Of a stretch of 64,000 nt of DNA, positions 38,602-46,805 are shown piece after piece. Position numbers and translations under genes: made by a program. The notes beneath the pieces are model-generated. The model saw only the letters and a list, made by a program, of their open reading frames with translations. It did no database searches and was not told the origin of the DNA. Position 1 is the first letter of the stretch. Each line of letters starts with the position of its first letter. Source of the stretch: a virus (lineage: Duplodnaviria > Caudoviricetes); IMG/VR virus record IMGVR_UViG_3300011561_000001, positions 25,993 to 89,992 of that record; one strand, given 5' to 3'.

Positions 38602-39228
38602 CTATTCAACAATACCCCATCGCTGACAAAGTTGTTGAGCCAGGGCCTCAAGGTTAGTATTCTCAATCTTCTCTTTCAAGTGATCCCATTTCTTCTTGAG
38701 ATTCCCGAACGAGGCCGCGTATTTTTCACAAATACCATATTTCTCGGAAAGCTGTCTGGCAGTAACTTTACCTTTCAAGTGTCTGCGTGCAGCAATTAAC
38801 TCAATAACTTCCTTCTCTGTAAGCTTGGAGAAATTACTATTCTCTCCGCTATGAACTAGAAGTCCGAGCTTAATTGCGTGCAGTTGATTTTCTGAGCGAT
38901 CTACCCATTCGAGGTTATCAATTTTATTATTTGTCTTGTCACCATCAATATGATTGACAAACTCTTTTCCTTCTACAGGTTCCAGAAAATACTCCGCGAC
39001 GAGCCGGTGAATCATTACTGTTTTTCTTGTTGGCGTGTCGTCGTAAATGTGAGCTGTAGGATAACCAGAAGTTCCCACTGACCACTTCAGAACCGTAGGC
39101 TTAGCCCACCTTTTACAAGGTTTGCCATTTCTCCCGATATAGGGGACATATTTGCCTTTGCTGCGGATATTGCCCAAGCTGCTAACTTGGTAATTATATC
39201 CGTCTATGTCTTTCCAAATTTCAATCAT
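38602..39228 (-). CDS. free-standing NUMOD4-HNH homing endonuclease
   Basis: WKDIDGYNYQVSSLGNIRS (NUMOD4); HRLVA...[16 protein letters not shown] (HNH); C-terminal HTH-like tail. Confidence 0.9.
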   Translation of the reverse strand: MIEIWKDIDGYNYQVSSLGNIRSKGKYVPYIGRNGKPCKRWAKPTVLKWSVGTSGYPTAHIYDDTPTRKTVMIHRLVAEYFLEPVEGKEFVNHIDGDKTNNKIDNLEWVDRSENQLHAIKLGLLVHSGENSNFSKLTEKEVIELIAARRHLKGKVTARQLSEKYGICEKYAASFGNLKKKWDHLKEKIENTNLEALAQQLCQRWGIVE

Positions 39229-39423
39229 AAAACAAATCTCCTAAATAAAGATGACGCCCTGCTGGCGTAGCCGTATCTCTACAACTCTATAGCCAGCCTT
39301 ATGGATCGTCAATATTTATTACAACAGAGGCCGTTCAAAGAACAACGTATTGTCGGAGCTAATTAAATAAAATGGGGAATGTCTCCCGACAAGCCCCGAA
39401 AGCTTTCTTCAAGCTATGTGCAT

Positions 39424-39453
39424 AGTATAAGCTGTAGCTTCTCTCTACGTCAA
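39424..39453 (-). promoter_or_regulatory. sigma70-like promoter upstream of HNH-terL
   Basis: TTGACG-18 nt-TATACT. Confidence 0.6.
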
Positions 39454-39461
39454 GTGTTATT

Positions 39462-41387
39462 TTAAAGATTTTCTACAATTGGCTTAATTATTTGTGCAAG
39501 GGCTTGATAGCCTGCCAAATTAGGATGAACGTTATCCGAAGACAACCCTGTTGCAATCAAAGTTTGTCCATCAGTATCTTGTGCCCCACTCAAAGCAGCG
39601 GCATAGCCCTCTGCAACAACCACATCAAATGTAGCCAAATCTGCAATCAAATCTCTACGCTTCTGATCTCCAGCGCCTGTATCCCTGAATGCGGGATTAT
39701 TAGGAAGAGGCTCCGTAAGGATCAATGTGGCATTGGGATGATTACGCATCTCATTCATAAAGTCCGCAAGGCTTGTATAAATGCGTCCAATCTGATCGTC
39801 CGTAAGACCACCAACAGCAGTATCGTTAACGCTGTAAGGGGAGTAAGTGACGAATGTTGGTTTTACAAAACTTCCTACATCAGCAAGACGTTTACTATAA
39901 ACTGCTGGGCCTTGTGCGTGCAATCCTGCGTTGAAATACTCAATTGGGTTGTCTGGTGTAGACAGCTCATAAGAGGCCATCTGAACAGCACCATACCCGT
40001 TAGGATTACTACCAACTCCCTCTTTTGTGGAGTCTCCAACAATGAGACCTTGACGACCTTTCTTCTTGGTAACGTATTGCACTACAGGGACGACTACGCC
40101 ACCTTCTGTGTTTGTTGTCTGAGTGTATGCAGCTTTGTTAGTAACACCGAGCACTGTCTGGACAGAAGTCTTCATTACTCGTGGTGTTGTGGCTTGCCGC
40201 CAATTGCTTGTTCCAAGATAGGGAACAGAAGGTAAGCTCCCACTTGGATACTCAATCCTCATAATGATGAGGGGACGAATACCGCCATCTGTACGTGGAA
40301 TGCTTCTAATGTTCAACCAATCTGTAAGAGGAAGACTATATCTATCTGCTGCAATACGAGCAGGAGCATTCAGAGAAGAAGCCCCATCAAATGTAGCATC
40401 AATCCATCCACCTGTAGGAGTGATATCCACCAACCAAGCTTGTGGCACAGGAGCTGCAAGAACACCTACACTTACACGAATACCGTTTACAGCAGTAGCA
40501 AGCGCATTAGGAATACCAATCCGCAGAGCTGTAAAATCTGATTCAAGCTCCATGACAATGTTTGTTGTCCAATCAGAGCTTGTTGTAAAGCCATTGTAAC
40601 GTCCGAACAATCCCTTGGTAAGAACATTTGTACGGGCTTTAGCAACGCCATCACCAGCCGGACCTTGTGGTCCCCTCTCTCCTACATCCCCTTTATCGCC
40701 TTTAGGACCGGTTGCGCCTTGTGCGCCTTGTGCGCCTTGAGGACCAGCAGAGCCTTGAGGACCAGCAGAGCCTTGAGGACCAACGTCGCCTTTATCCCCT
40801 TTAGCTCCTTTGGGGAGTGTGATATTAAGGATAGGAGCTTCTGGTGTACCTGTGATTTGAACTTCTGGATCATCAGCAACAGCTACAATGCCAATGGAGA
40901 GTTGAGGAGTGACGCCATCACGTCCATCAGTGCCGTTGATGCCATCTACGCCGTCACGAGGAGTAAATCCATCTAGAGCTTCTGTAATTGCTGTATTAAC
41001 CCGTGTATCAAGCTCTTGCATTGCAGAGGATACTTCGGAAGCAGATTCTTGCGCAGACTCAACCAATCCCTCTATAGCGCCCAACAGAGGATCACGAGGA
41101 ATACTTGTCTGATTCACCATAAGAAGGGTGTTGATATCAGAGGCTGTAGTCTCACTACTAACTTCAATGATCCCGATGTTTACAAAGCCACGACTTGACT
41201 TTTCCCATAAATCCACACGATATCGACCAACGGGGATATCGAAGCTGTATTCACCAAGCGGATCAACCACCACTTCTTGTGTTGAGAACTTGAGAACTTC
41301 TGGGAAGGTTGCTGTTGCTGTCAGGCGAAGTCTTGCGCCTGCAAGTGGCTCCCCTGTAGGTGTAAGAAGTTTTCCTGATATAATCAT
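39462..41387 (-). CDS. fibre-like protein: Stf-type N-terminus, collagen repeats, C-terminal SGNH hydrolase
   Basis: IISGKLLTPTGEPL...GEYSFDIPVGRY; (GXY)n tract; GDS...NAG...ND...DNVHPN. Confidence 0.8.
   Translation of the reverse strand: MIISGKLLTPTGEPLAGARLRLTATATFPEVLKFSTQEVVVDPLGEYSFDIPVGRYRVDLWEKSSRGFVNIGIIEVSSETTASDINTLLMVNQTSIPRDPLLGAIEGLVESAQESASEVSSAMQELDTRVNTAITEALDGFTPRDGVDGINGTDGRDGVTPQLSIGIVAVADDPEVQITGTPEAPILNITLPKGAKGDKGDVGPQGSAGPQGSAGPQGAQGAQGATGPKGDKGDVGERGPQGPAGDGVAKARTNVLTKGLFGRYNGFTTSSDWTTNIVMELESDFTALRIGIPNALATAVNGIRVSVGVLAAPVPQAWLVDITPTGGWIDATFDGASSLNAPARIAADRYSLPLTDWLNIRSIPRTDGGIRPLIIMRIEYPSGSLPSVPYLGTSNWRQATTPRVMKTSVQTVLGVTNKAAYTQTTNTEGGVVVPVVQYVTKKKGRQGLIVGDSTKEGVGSNPNGYGAVQMASYELSTPDNPIEYFNAGLHAQGPAVYSKRLADVGSFVKPTFVTYSPYSVNDTAVGGLTDDQIGRIYTSLADFMNEMRNHPNATLILTEPLPNNPAFRDTGAGDQKRRDLIADLATFDVVVAEGYAAALSGAQDTDGQTLIATGLSSDNVHPNLAGYQALAQIIKPIVENL
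40680..40810 (-). repeat. collagen-coding tandem repeats
   Basis: 18-nt unit GGACCAGCAGAGCCTTGA x2 and 9-nt unit GCGCCTTGT about x3 (+ strand), encoding GPQGSA and GAQ. Confidence 0.85.
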
Positions 41388-41412
41388 TGGCGTCTACCTT
41401 AGGGGAGGATAT

Positions 41413-41931
41413 TTATTCTTCTTCTTTCTTTTCTTCTGTAGAAAATTCTTCAGGGGAAGTTGTATCTTGTTTTTCTTCTGCAATCTCTATCGAAGGTTCT
41501 TCCTCTCCAACAAACCCACCTTTAGGGACAAGCTTGTTCTTAGAAATAGCATCTGGGTCTTGACCAGTGGCTTTGAGATAAGCACGCATCATATCGTCAC
41601 GCTTTCGCCCGCGAATCTTCTTAGATTGACAAGCTGCTCGGAAATCTTCCCACTCCATCAACTCAAGCTGTTCTTTAGTAAATGTCTCATTGATACGAAA
41701 CACTTGAACACCAGGTTCATTCTTCAGCACTTCACTTGTAGAGATAGTGAGCCATACGTGATGGGGAAATGTAGCTTTAATCAAAGAGCCTTTCTTAACT
41801 TCAGCACCAAGCTTAGTGTATTTAATAAGATTCTCTGCCCACTTGTGTCCGAGATGATCTACAGGACCAAGCTGGATTTCATATTCATTGACAATGTTGT
41901 TTTCAACATTCTCTTCTTTTTTCTTTGTCAT
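41413..41931 (-). CDS. hypothetical protein (acidic tail)
   Basis: 172 aa, TTTAGGAG RBS. Confidence 0.75.
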   Translation of the reverse strand: MTKKKEENVENNIVNEYEIQLGPVDHLGHKWAENLIKYTKLGAEVKKGSLIKATFPHHVWLTISTSEVLKNEPGVQVFRINETFTKEQLELMEWEDFRAACQSKKIRGRKRDDMMRAYLKATGQDPDAISKNKLVPKGGFVGEEEPSIEIAEEKQDTTSPEEFSTEEKKEEE

Positions 41932-41944
41932 ATTCGTATCTCCT

Positions 41945-42515
41945 AAATAGGTGTGTTTAGTTTAACACTTTTTGATACGCTCCTCCTGTAGAAACGTATT
42001 AGAAAATGTTAGAGAGCAGCCTGATTGGGGCGGGACTGCAAGCTCGCCGGAGGAGAGCGTCTTACGACGCCATGCCAATCTCATGTGAAACCCACAAATA
42101 TGTTAGCAGGAAAAGGTCTAACAACTCATGGGGAGGAGAAGCAACCAAATGAGGAGAACTCCCTTGCGGGGAAGGTTGCTAGGAGAAAAAGTTGGATAAT
42201 GACCACCAGAACCTATGTCTTATCCACGAGCCGTCATACTACAGCCCCTCAACCATAACGTAGCGGACATGGTAGATGTGCGCTTTAATCGGATTCTCTT
42301 AAAAGCTAAGCTTCGTATTCCACTCTAGGTTGGAACCTCGTGAGAGGCGGCGGGATGCTTTCTTCCGGTTGCATTACCTCTTTTATTTCGTAGCGCCATA
42401 GGGACTCGAAAGTCTTCTATGTCCTAGCTGCATAGGCTGGTCTACTCGGCAGCGTCATAGATTGCTTGGCATGAAAGCACTTTTTCAACCTATGATCCGA
42501 ATCTCGCTAACGAGA
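41945..42515 (-). ncRNA. candidate structured non-coding RNA region
   Basis: About 570 nt with no credible ORF; many hairpins with GUAA, GCAA and UUCG loops on the - strand. Confidence 0.5.
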
Positions 42516-42518
42516 AAT

Positions 42519-42884
42519 TTATTTCTTTCCATCAACAACAGTGAAGCTAAGAATAGCAGCGCCTTCTTCTTCATTGTCATCATCTTGTGGAGCTTCCCCT
42601 GAAGCTGTGTCAGGTTTGTAGCATTCGTTTGTAAGCTCGATAGCTTTATCAATAACAAGCTTAGCTGCCTGCAACTGCACTGTAGCACTTACACCACTCT
42701 TTTCAAGATCAGCATCCAGAATTGCTTCAGCTTTAGCAAGAGCTTTAGCTACAATCGGATTTAGTTTATTAAGTACTTCGCTGAGGCGACGCTGACGGGG
42801 AGTTCTCGTACTCTTCACGCCTTTTGGGCGACCACCTTTCTGAGCGCCAGTTCGGCCAAGCTTGTCTGCTTTTTCTTCACTCAT
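42519..42884 (-). CDS. probable terminase small subunit
   Basis: GGRPKG motif followed by helical oligomerisation-type segments; first gene after a promoter leading into the head operon. Confidence 0.55.
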   Translation of the reverse strand: MSEEKADKLGRTGAQKGGRPKGVKSTRTPRQRRLSEVLNKLNPIVAKALAKAEAILDADLEKSGVSATVQLQAAKLVIDKAIELTNECYKPDTASGEAPQDDDNEEEGAAILSFTVVDGKK

Positions 42885-42945
42885 AAATAAATTCCTCGCT
42901 ACTAGCTTTTAGATTAACCAAAGCCACAACTGTAGCTTGCAATAT

Positions 42946-42974
42946 ATTATACACCCTTTTGTAAACAAATGCAA
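42946..42974 (-). promoter_or_regulatory. sigma70-like promoter
   Basis: TTGCAT-17 nt-TATAAT. Confidence 0.65.
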
Positions 42975-42979
42975 CTATT

Positions 42980-43984
42980 TCAGTCATTTAGTGGTTTTGG
43001 AGCCGTGATTGGGTTGAAAATAGGAACTTCAGTCAAATCTTCAAACTGATAACTCGTGTCGTGTACGATGTCAGGATCATCAATAATAGGCTGACAAGAC
43101 CAACATATGTCGTTCATAGACCCGTCTGGGAGGTCGAACATCATCTCTCCCAATGTTAAAATAACTCCACAACTTGCGCATCTTGACATTACTTCACCTT
43201 CCTTTTTCTTCCACTTATGTGGTTTGTAATTTTTAAAATAATATTCTTGGTCTTTGTATTTATCGTAAATTCTACGAGCATCTTGGAGTCGCTTACCGTT
43301 TCTAATAAAACTAATGTATGACGGGTCAAGAGTTGTGATTCTGGCTATATCGCGTAGAGAATAGGTTCTATCATCACACAGCTTGAACAAATCAACGAAG
43401 CGGTTCCAGTTGGCCAAGGGGCTTTCTTCGGTAAAGCTTTTATAAACCGAAATTAACTCAGGAGGGACGTGGTTTCTTATGAAATCACTTTCCCTTAAGT
43501 GATTTTTTATCGAGTCTACGGAAAATCCGCTAGTACAACCCGTTAAAATATATTTATCAACTCTTTTTATTCGGACACCCTCGTCGAGTGATCTTACGGG
43601 GATTGTGACCAAGCCTGTTTCGTATGCATGCTTAACATTCTCTGATGGAGTACACCACTCTAAGTTCCGTACATCATTGTTCTCCTTATCTCCATCAATG
43701 TGGTTAACTTGTAATTTGTTGTGAACATTTTCCAGAAATGTTTCAGCTACAGCCCTGTGAAAGTAAACCATGTTCTGGTATTTCTTCTCCCGATCAAGCT
43801 TAGGCAGAGCCGCTATTCGATAGGTGGTGACACCTCTAGTTTTGTCGTTAATAATGACGCCCTTCAAGAACCGTGGTAATTTACCCCGGTAAGAGACAAT
43901 CTCGCCATCTACTCGAACAGAGTATTTACCCTCATATCCAGCTATCCACCGTTCAACGTGGGAGCAGTGCAATTCGTCTAACAT
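42980..43984 (-). CDS. HNH homing endonuclease read in frame into a small CxxC...CxxC protein (internal start 43189)
   Basis: [15 protein letters not shown]...[16 protein letters not shown]; then GGAAGG RBS and MSRCASC...CWSC. Confidence 0.8.
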   Translation of the reverse strand: MLDELHCSHVERWIAGYEGKYSVRVDGEIVSYRGKLPRFLKGVIINDKTRGVTTYRIAALPKLDREKKYQNMVYFHRAVAETFLENVHNKLQVNHIDGDKENNDVRNLEWCTPSENVKHAYETGLVTIPVRSLDEGVRIKRVDKYILTGCTSGFSVDSIKNHLRESDFIRNHVPPELISVYKSFTEESPLANWNRFVDLFKLCDDRTYSLRDIARITTLDPSYISFIRNGKRLQDARRIYDKYKDQEYYFKNYKPHKWKKKEGEVMSRCASCGVILTLGEMMFDLPDGSMNDICWSCQPIIDDPDIVHDTSYQFEDLTEVPIFNPITAPKPLND

Positions 43985-44013
43985 AAAATCCTCCTAGTTA
44001 CTGCTATATGTAG

Positions 44014-44043
44014 ATTCTAAGTCACAGATAGTCTATCTGTCAA
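44014..44043 (-). promoter_or_regulatory. sigma70-like promoter with embedded perfect palindrome
   Basis: TTGACA-18 nt-TAGAAT; ACAGATAG-N-CTATCTGT at 44024-44040. Confidence 0.65.
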
Positions 44044-44158
44044 GCCCCCTCTGATAGAATTTCTTTATTTTCTCTCCACTTTACAGAATTTTGTATCACT
44101 AAGAACGTTTTTCCAAGCGTTCCACATGGCTTCATGCAAATCTTATACATTAGCCTTT

Positions 44159-44527
44159 TTATGCCAAAAGCCTCTGGTACTTGTAGTTGTTGGAAAGAAA
44201 CCTTTCTACAAAATCTGGAAACCCCTTTGATCTGTAAATCGTACCCTTTCCTACTACAGACCACTTGCCACTTTGACTAAAGAACCAGTATTTGTCAAGA
44301 ACCTTCCACCGTCCATTGTTGTGCATTACAACATGATCTCCTAAACCTGCATCTAGTACCTCGACATAAAATCTCAACTCCTTGGAACGAGAGTAGTGTC
44401 CGCTATCCCTGTAAGGATTACTATCATCCGTGATCTGACGGAAGCTTAGATTAGAGTCTTCAAGTAACTCCTCTTTTGTTCTGCCTTCAGCCATTTCTGA
44501 GACTGTCTTTCCAAAATCAAAATTCAT
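44159..44527 (-). CDS. hypothetical protein
   Basis: TTTAGGAG RBS before ATG 44527 (track ORF over-extended). Confidence 0.7.
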   Translation of the reverse strand: MNFDFGKTVSEMAEGRTKEELLEDSNLSFRQITDDSNPYRDSGHYSRSKELRFYVEVLDAGLGDHVVMHNNGRWKVLDKYWFFSQSGKWSVVGKGTIYRSKGFPDFVERFLSNNYKYQRLLA

Positions 44528-44535
44528 AAAATCTC

Positions 44536-45036
44536 CTAAAATGGCAATCCTTCTTCGTCGTCCCAATTTGGTGCTGGTGGTGTATAAACGCTTTTAACCT
44601 TTTCGGCGGCTCTCCACTCATTCACTTTCTTAGCTGGTTTCACTTCTGATTTCCAGAAATCCTCCTCCACAGCACCAAGCTTGATAAATTCTTTAGATGA
44701 TCCTTGTGTCTTCTGTTGATACAAGTTCAGGGGTGCAACCTTCTCATAGCGCCAATTCTTGTGTTGCCCACTACTACCCTTGTTCGCAACAATAATTTCA
44801 TTGTCTATGAATGATCGTAGAATCCTTCCTGTTTGTTTGAGACTTACACCCGAAAGCTCGGAAATGTCTTCCTGTTTGTCAAAGTGTTTGTCAAAGAAGG
44901 AGTTCCTCTTCTTCATGACCACATAGATGTTCTTCTCGTTAGCTGTCAGTTCTATCAGCTCTCCAGAAGACGGGTGAATGTATCCAGTAGCTCGCATAAG
45001 CTTTTCTGGGTATTTATAAAAAATCGTTTCTTCCAT
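44536..45036 (-). CDS. winged-helix DNA-binding protein, RepA_N-like replication initiator candidate
   Basis: FYKYPEKLM...LTANEKNIY...KQEDISELSGVSLKQTGRILRSF...II; acidic DDEEGLPF tail. Confidence 0.55.
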   Translation of the reverse strand: MEETIFYKYPEKLMRATGYIHPSSGELIELTANEKNIYVVMKKRNSFFDKHFDKQEDISELSGVSLKQTGRILRSFIDNEIIVANKGSSGQHKNWRYEKVAPLNLYQQKTQGSSKEFIKLGAVEEDFWKSEVKPAKKVNEWRAAEKVKSVYTPPAPNWDDEEGLPF

Positions 45037-45075
45037 ATTTTCTTACCTCAGTTCTATAGTTTTGTGGGTAAGGCA

Positions 45076-45213
45076 TCACTTACTCGTAGTGCCCTTTATT
45101 TCATCAATCTCAACCAGCTTAACAAGGCACTGAACAATGAACGATTGTCGGGACATCGGACCTCGATTGGCATCCACCCATCCCAGCACCTTAAACGGTA
45201 GTTTCAAATTCAT
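45076..45213 (-). CDS. ribbon-helix-helix (CopG/Arc-like) protein, 45 aa (not in ORF track)
   Basis: GAGGA RBS; MNLKLPFKVLGWVDANRGPMSRQSFIVQCLVKLVEIDEIKGTTSK: alternating beta strand, helix, G.MSR turn, helix. Confidence 0.6.
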   Translation of the reverse strand: MNLKLPFKVLGWVDANRGPMSRQSFIVQCLVKLVEIDEIKGTTSK

Positions 45214-45249
45214 AAATCTTCCTCATAAGCAGTTAAGTCCTTTGTCATG

Positions 45250-45510
45250 GGACATCGTGTCCTATAACGTTTTGTCTCATTAAATTCGCTCTGCTCTTGC
45301 ACACAACAAAATAATATAGGCTTCGCCTCTAAAAGCATGAAGAGCTTTGCTAAATACAAGATAACACAAACAGACAAAGAGTCAAGGGACTTAATGTCCC
45401 ATAATAGATTTTCTATCTCTCTTATTCTATCTGTATTATCTATCTCTCTATTGGGCCATCGTGTCCTATAAATGTAGGACTTTAAGTCCTATCACAAAGA
45501 CAAGAAGTCC
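45250..45510. repeat. array of five GGAC-N5-GTCC palindromic sites plus three CTATCT direct repeats
   Basis: Sites at 45250, 45387, 45454 (GGCC variant), 45477 and 45498 (AGAC variant), each followed by YAT. CTATCT at 45413, 45427, 45440. Confidence 0.8.
45358..45385 (-). promoter_or_regulatory. possible leftward sigma70-like promoter for the RHH-RepA_N-like operon
   Basis: TTGACT-16 nt-TATCTT with TGn extension; abuts the palindrome at 45387. Confidence 0.45.
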
Positions 45511-45605
45511 TATGACATACAGGTCTAGCAGAGATGTTCATAGTGTTTCACACCTCTCCCCTCCTGTCAACACACAAAACAAATAAATTTTCTTGAAGAA
45601 ATTGC

Positions 45606-45635
45606 TTGACGTGCAGGAGCAATGGGATGTATTCT
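45606..45635 (+). promoter_or_regulatory. rightward sigma70-like promoter
   Basis: TTGACG-18 nt-TATTCT before the first + strand gene. Confidence 0.6.
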
Positions 45636-45668
45636 TCTCCTAGATGTTCAATAAAGAGGAGAGAAGAA

Positions 45669-45824
45669 ATGAAAGAACATGTTACAGAGGGCGGATGGGA
45701 GTGGTATCTGAGGCAGCTAAAAGAAAAGCTTGAACGTCCCTTGACGCAGAAGGAATACTCAGACATAATGAGGCTCTACATCGTTGGAACACCTGTTGAA
45801 AAGACATTGGAGGAATTAAAATGA
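45669..45824 (+). CDS. hypothetical protein
   Basis: GAGGAG RBS before ATG 45669. Confidence 0.65.
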   Translation: MKEHVTEGGWEWYLRQLKEKLERPLTQKEYSDIMRLYIVGTPVEKTLEELK

Positions 45825-46078
45825 CAGTCTATGAATTTACGGAATGGCTTAAAACGCAAGACCAAGACGCAATTGTAGAAATTGTTTACCATGAGCGAGG
45901 AACAGGCTACTGTGATCAGGGAGGCACCGCTTCTGTCATAGAGTTTGACCCTACCTTAAATAAATATGGCGTAGCTAACCATTGGAACTACACTGATTAT
46001 CGTAATAACAGGTTTGTAAAGGAAACAGACCCTCACTATAACAAACTATATCTTCTTCTCGGAGGCTACGAAGAATGA
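45821..46078 (+). CDS. hypothetical protein
   Basis: 85 aa, GGAGG RBS, ATGA overlap. Confidence 0.7.
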   Translation: MTVYEFTEWLKTQDQDAIVEIVYHERGTGYCDQGGTASVIEFDPTLNKYGVANHWNYTDYRNNRFVKETDPHYNKLYLLLGGYEE

Positions 46079-46503
46079 CAATTGAAGCACTGAATGAAAT
46101 TAAAGCTGATACTACAGCACTGCGTACTGGACTGCTTGATATGGCGGATAAAGTTAGTTTAGTAGAAGCTGAAGGTGTGGTGGTGCCAGCAGAAGTAGAT
46201 GTTGCCCTCGATGCAATTCTTGTTGATCTAAACACTATTATCAGTTGGGTGAATCAAGCTATTACAGATGGAACGGAGGAACCAGAGCTAACCGCGATGT
46301 GCTTGTTTCTGAATGAGCTTAAGGCTGTCTTCGATAAGTACTCAGCAATGATTGAGCGTCTAGATGGAACAGGATATGGATCGTCGTACGGAGGTGCTGA
46401 TTTCTTCCGCATCACTGTAATGGATTCTGTTTCTGGTGTTGTTGAGACGAAAGATATCGTTCCTTCTTTAGCTGATACAATTACACCTGTTGATTTGGTA
46501 TAA
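46075..46503 (+). CDS. hypothetical protein (acidic, helical)
   Basis: 142 aa, coupled. Confidence 0.7.
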   Translation: MTIEALNEIKADTTALRTGLLDMADKVSLVEAEGVVVPAEVDVALDAILVDLNTIISWVNQAITDGTEEPELTAMCLFLNELKAVFDKYSAMIERLDGTGYGSSYGGADFFRITVMDSVSGVVETKDIVPSLADTITPVDLV

Positions 46504-46513
46504 GGAGAGGGTA

Positions 46514-46714
46514 ATGATTAAGAGTGGTTGTGTAGTCAGGCTTAAATCTGGAGGTCCTACGATGACTGTGAAGTCTGTGTATGAATTTGAATGCGGAATT
46601 CCTAATAGAATCTTCACTGTGTGGTTTGATAATGGCGGCAGAGAGCATAACTCCGAGTTCAGGGAGGATTGTTTGTTATGTTTTGAAGATGGAGATTCTG
46701 TAATGCCTCTCTAG
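46514..46714 (+). CDS. DUF2158 / YodC-like small beta protein
   Basis: G.VVRLKSGGPTMTV...VWF motif. Confidence 0.8.
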   Translation: MIKSGCVVRLKSGGPTMTVKSVYEFECGIPNRIFTVWFDNGGREHNSEFREDCLLCFEDGDSVMPL

Positions 46715-46805
46715 GATGAGATGATTACGGGCATTTAGTATTGAAAATGAGGATAGAAATCAACGATCTATCCTCAACCTAAGCTACCCTACACGGGAGG
46801 AGAAT

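Noticed and set aside
42385-42456. tRNA-like element on the - strand (GACGCUG...UUCGAGU...UGGCGCUA)
   Set aside because: Acceptor stem has a mismatch, the 3' end is CGA rather than CCA, and no clean 7-nt anticodon loop or T-stem can be drawn. Not called a tRNA; kept within the ncRNA candidate.
45230-45520. Possible CRISPR-like mini array
   Set aside because: Repeats are only 13-17 nt, degenerate and irregularly spaced (about 137, 67, 23, 21 nt); this fits protein binding sites, not CRISPR.
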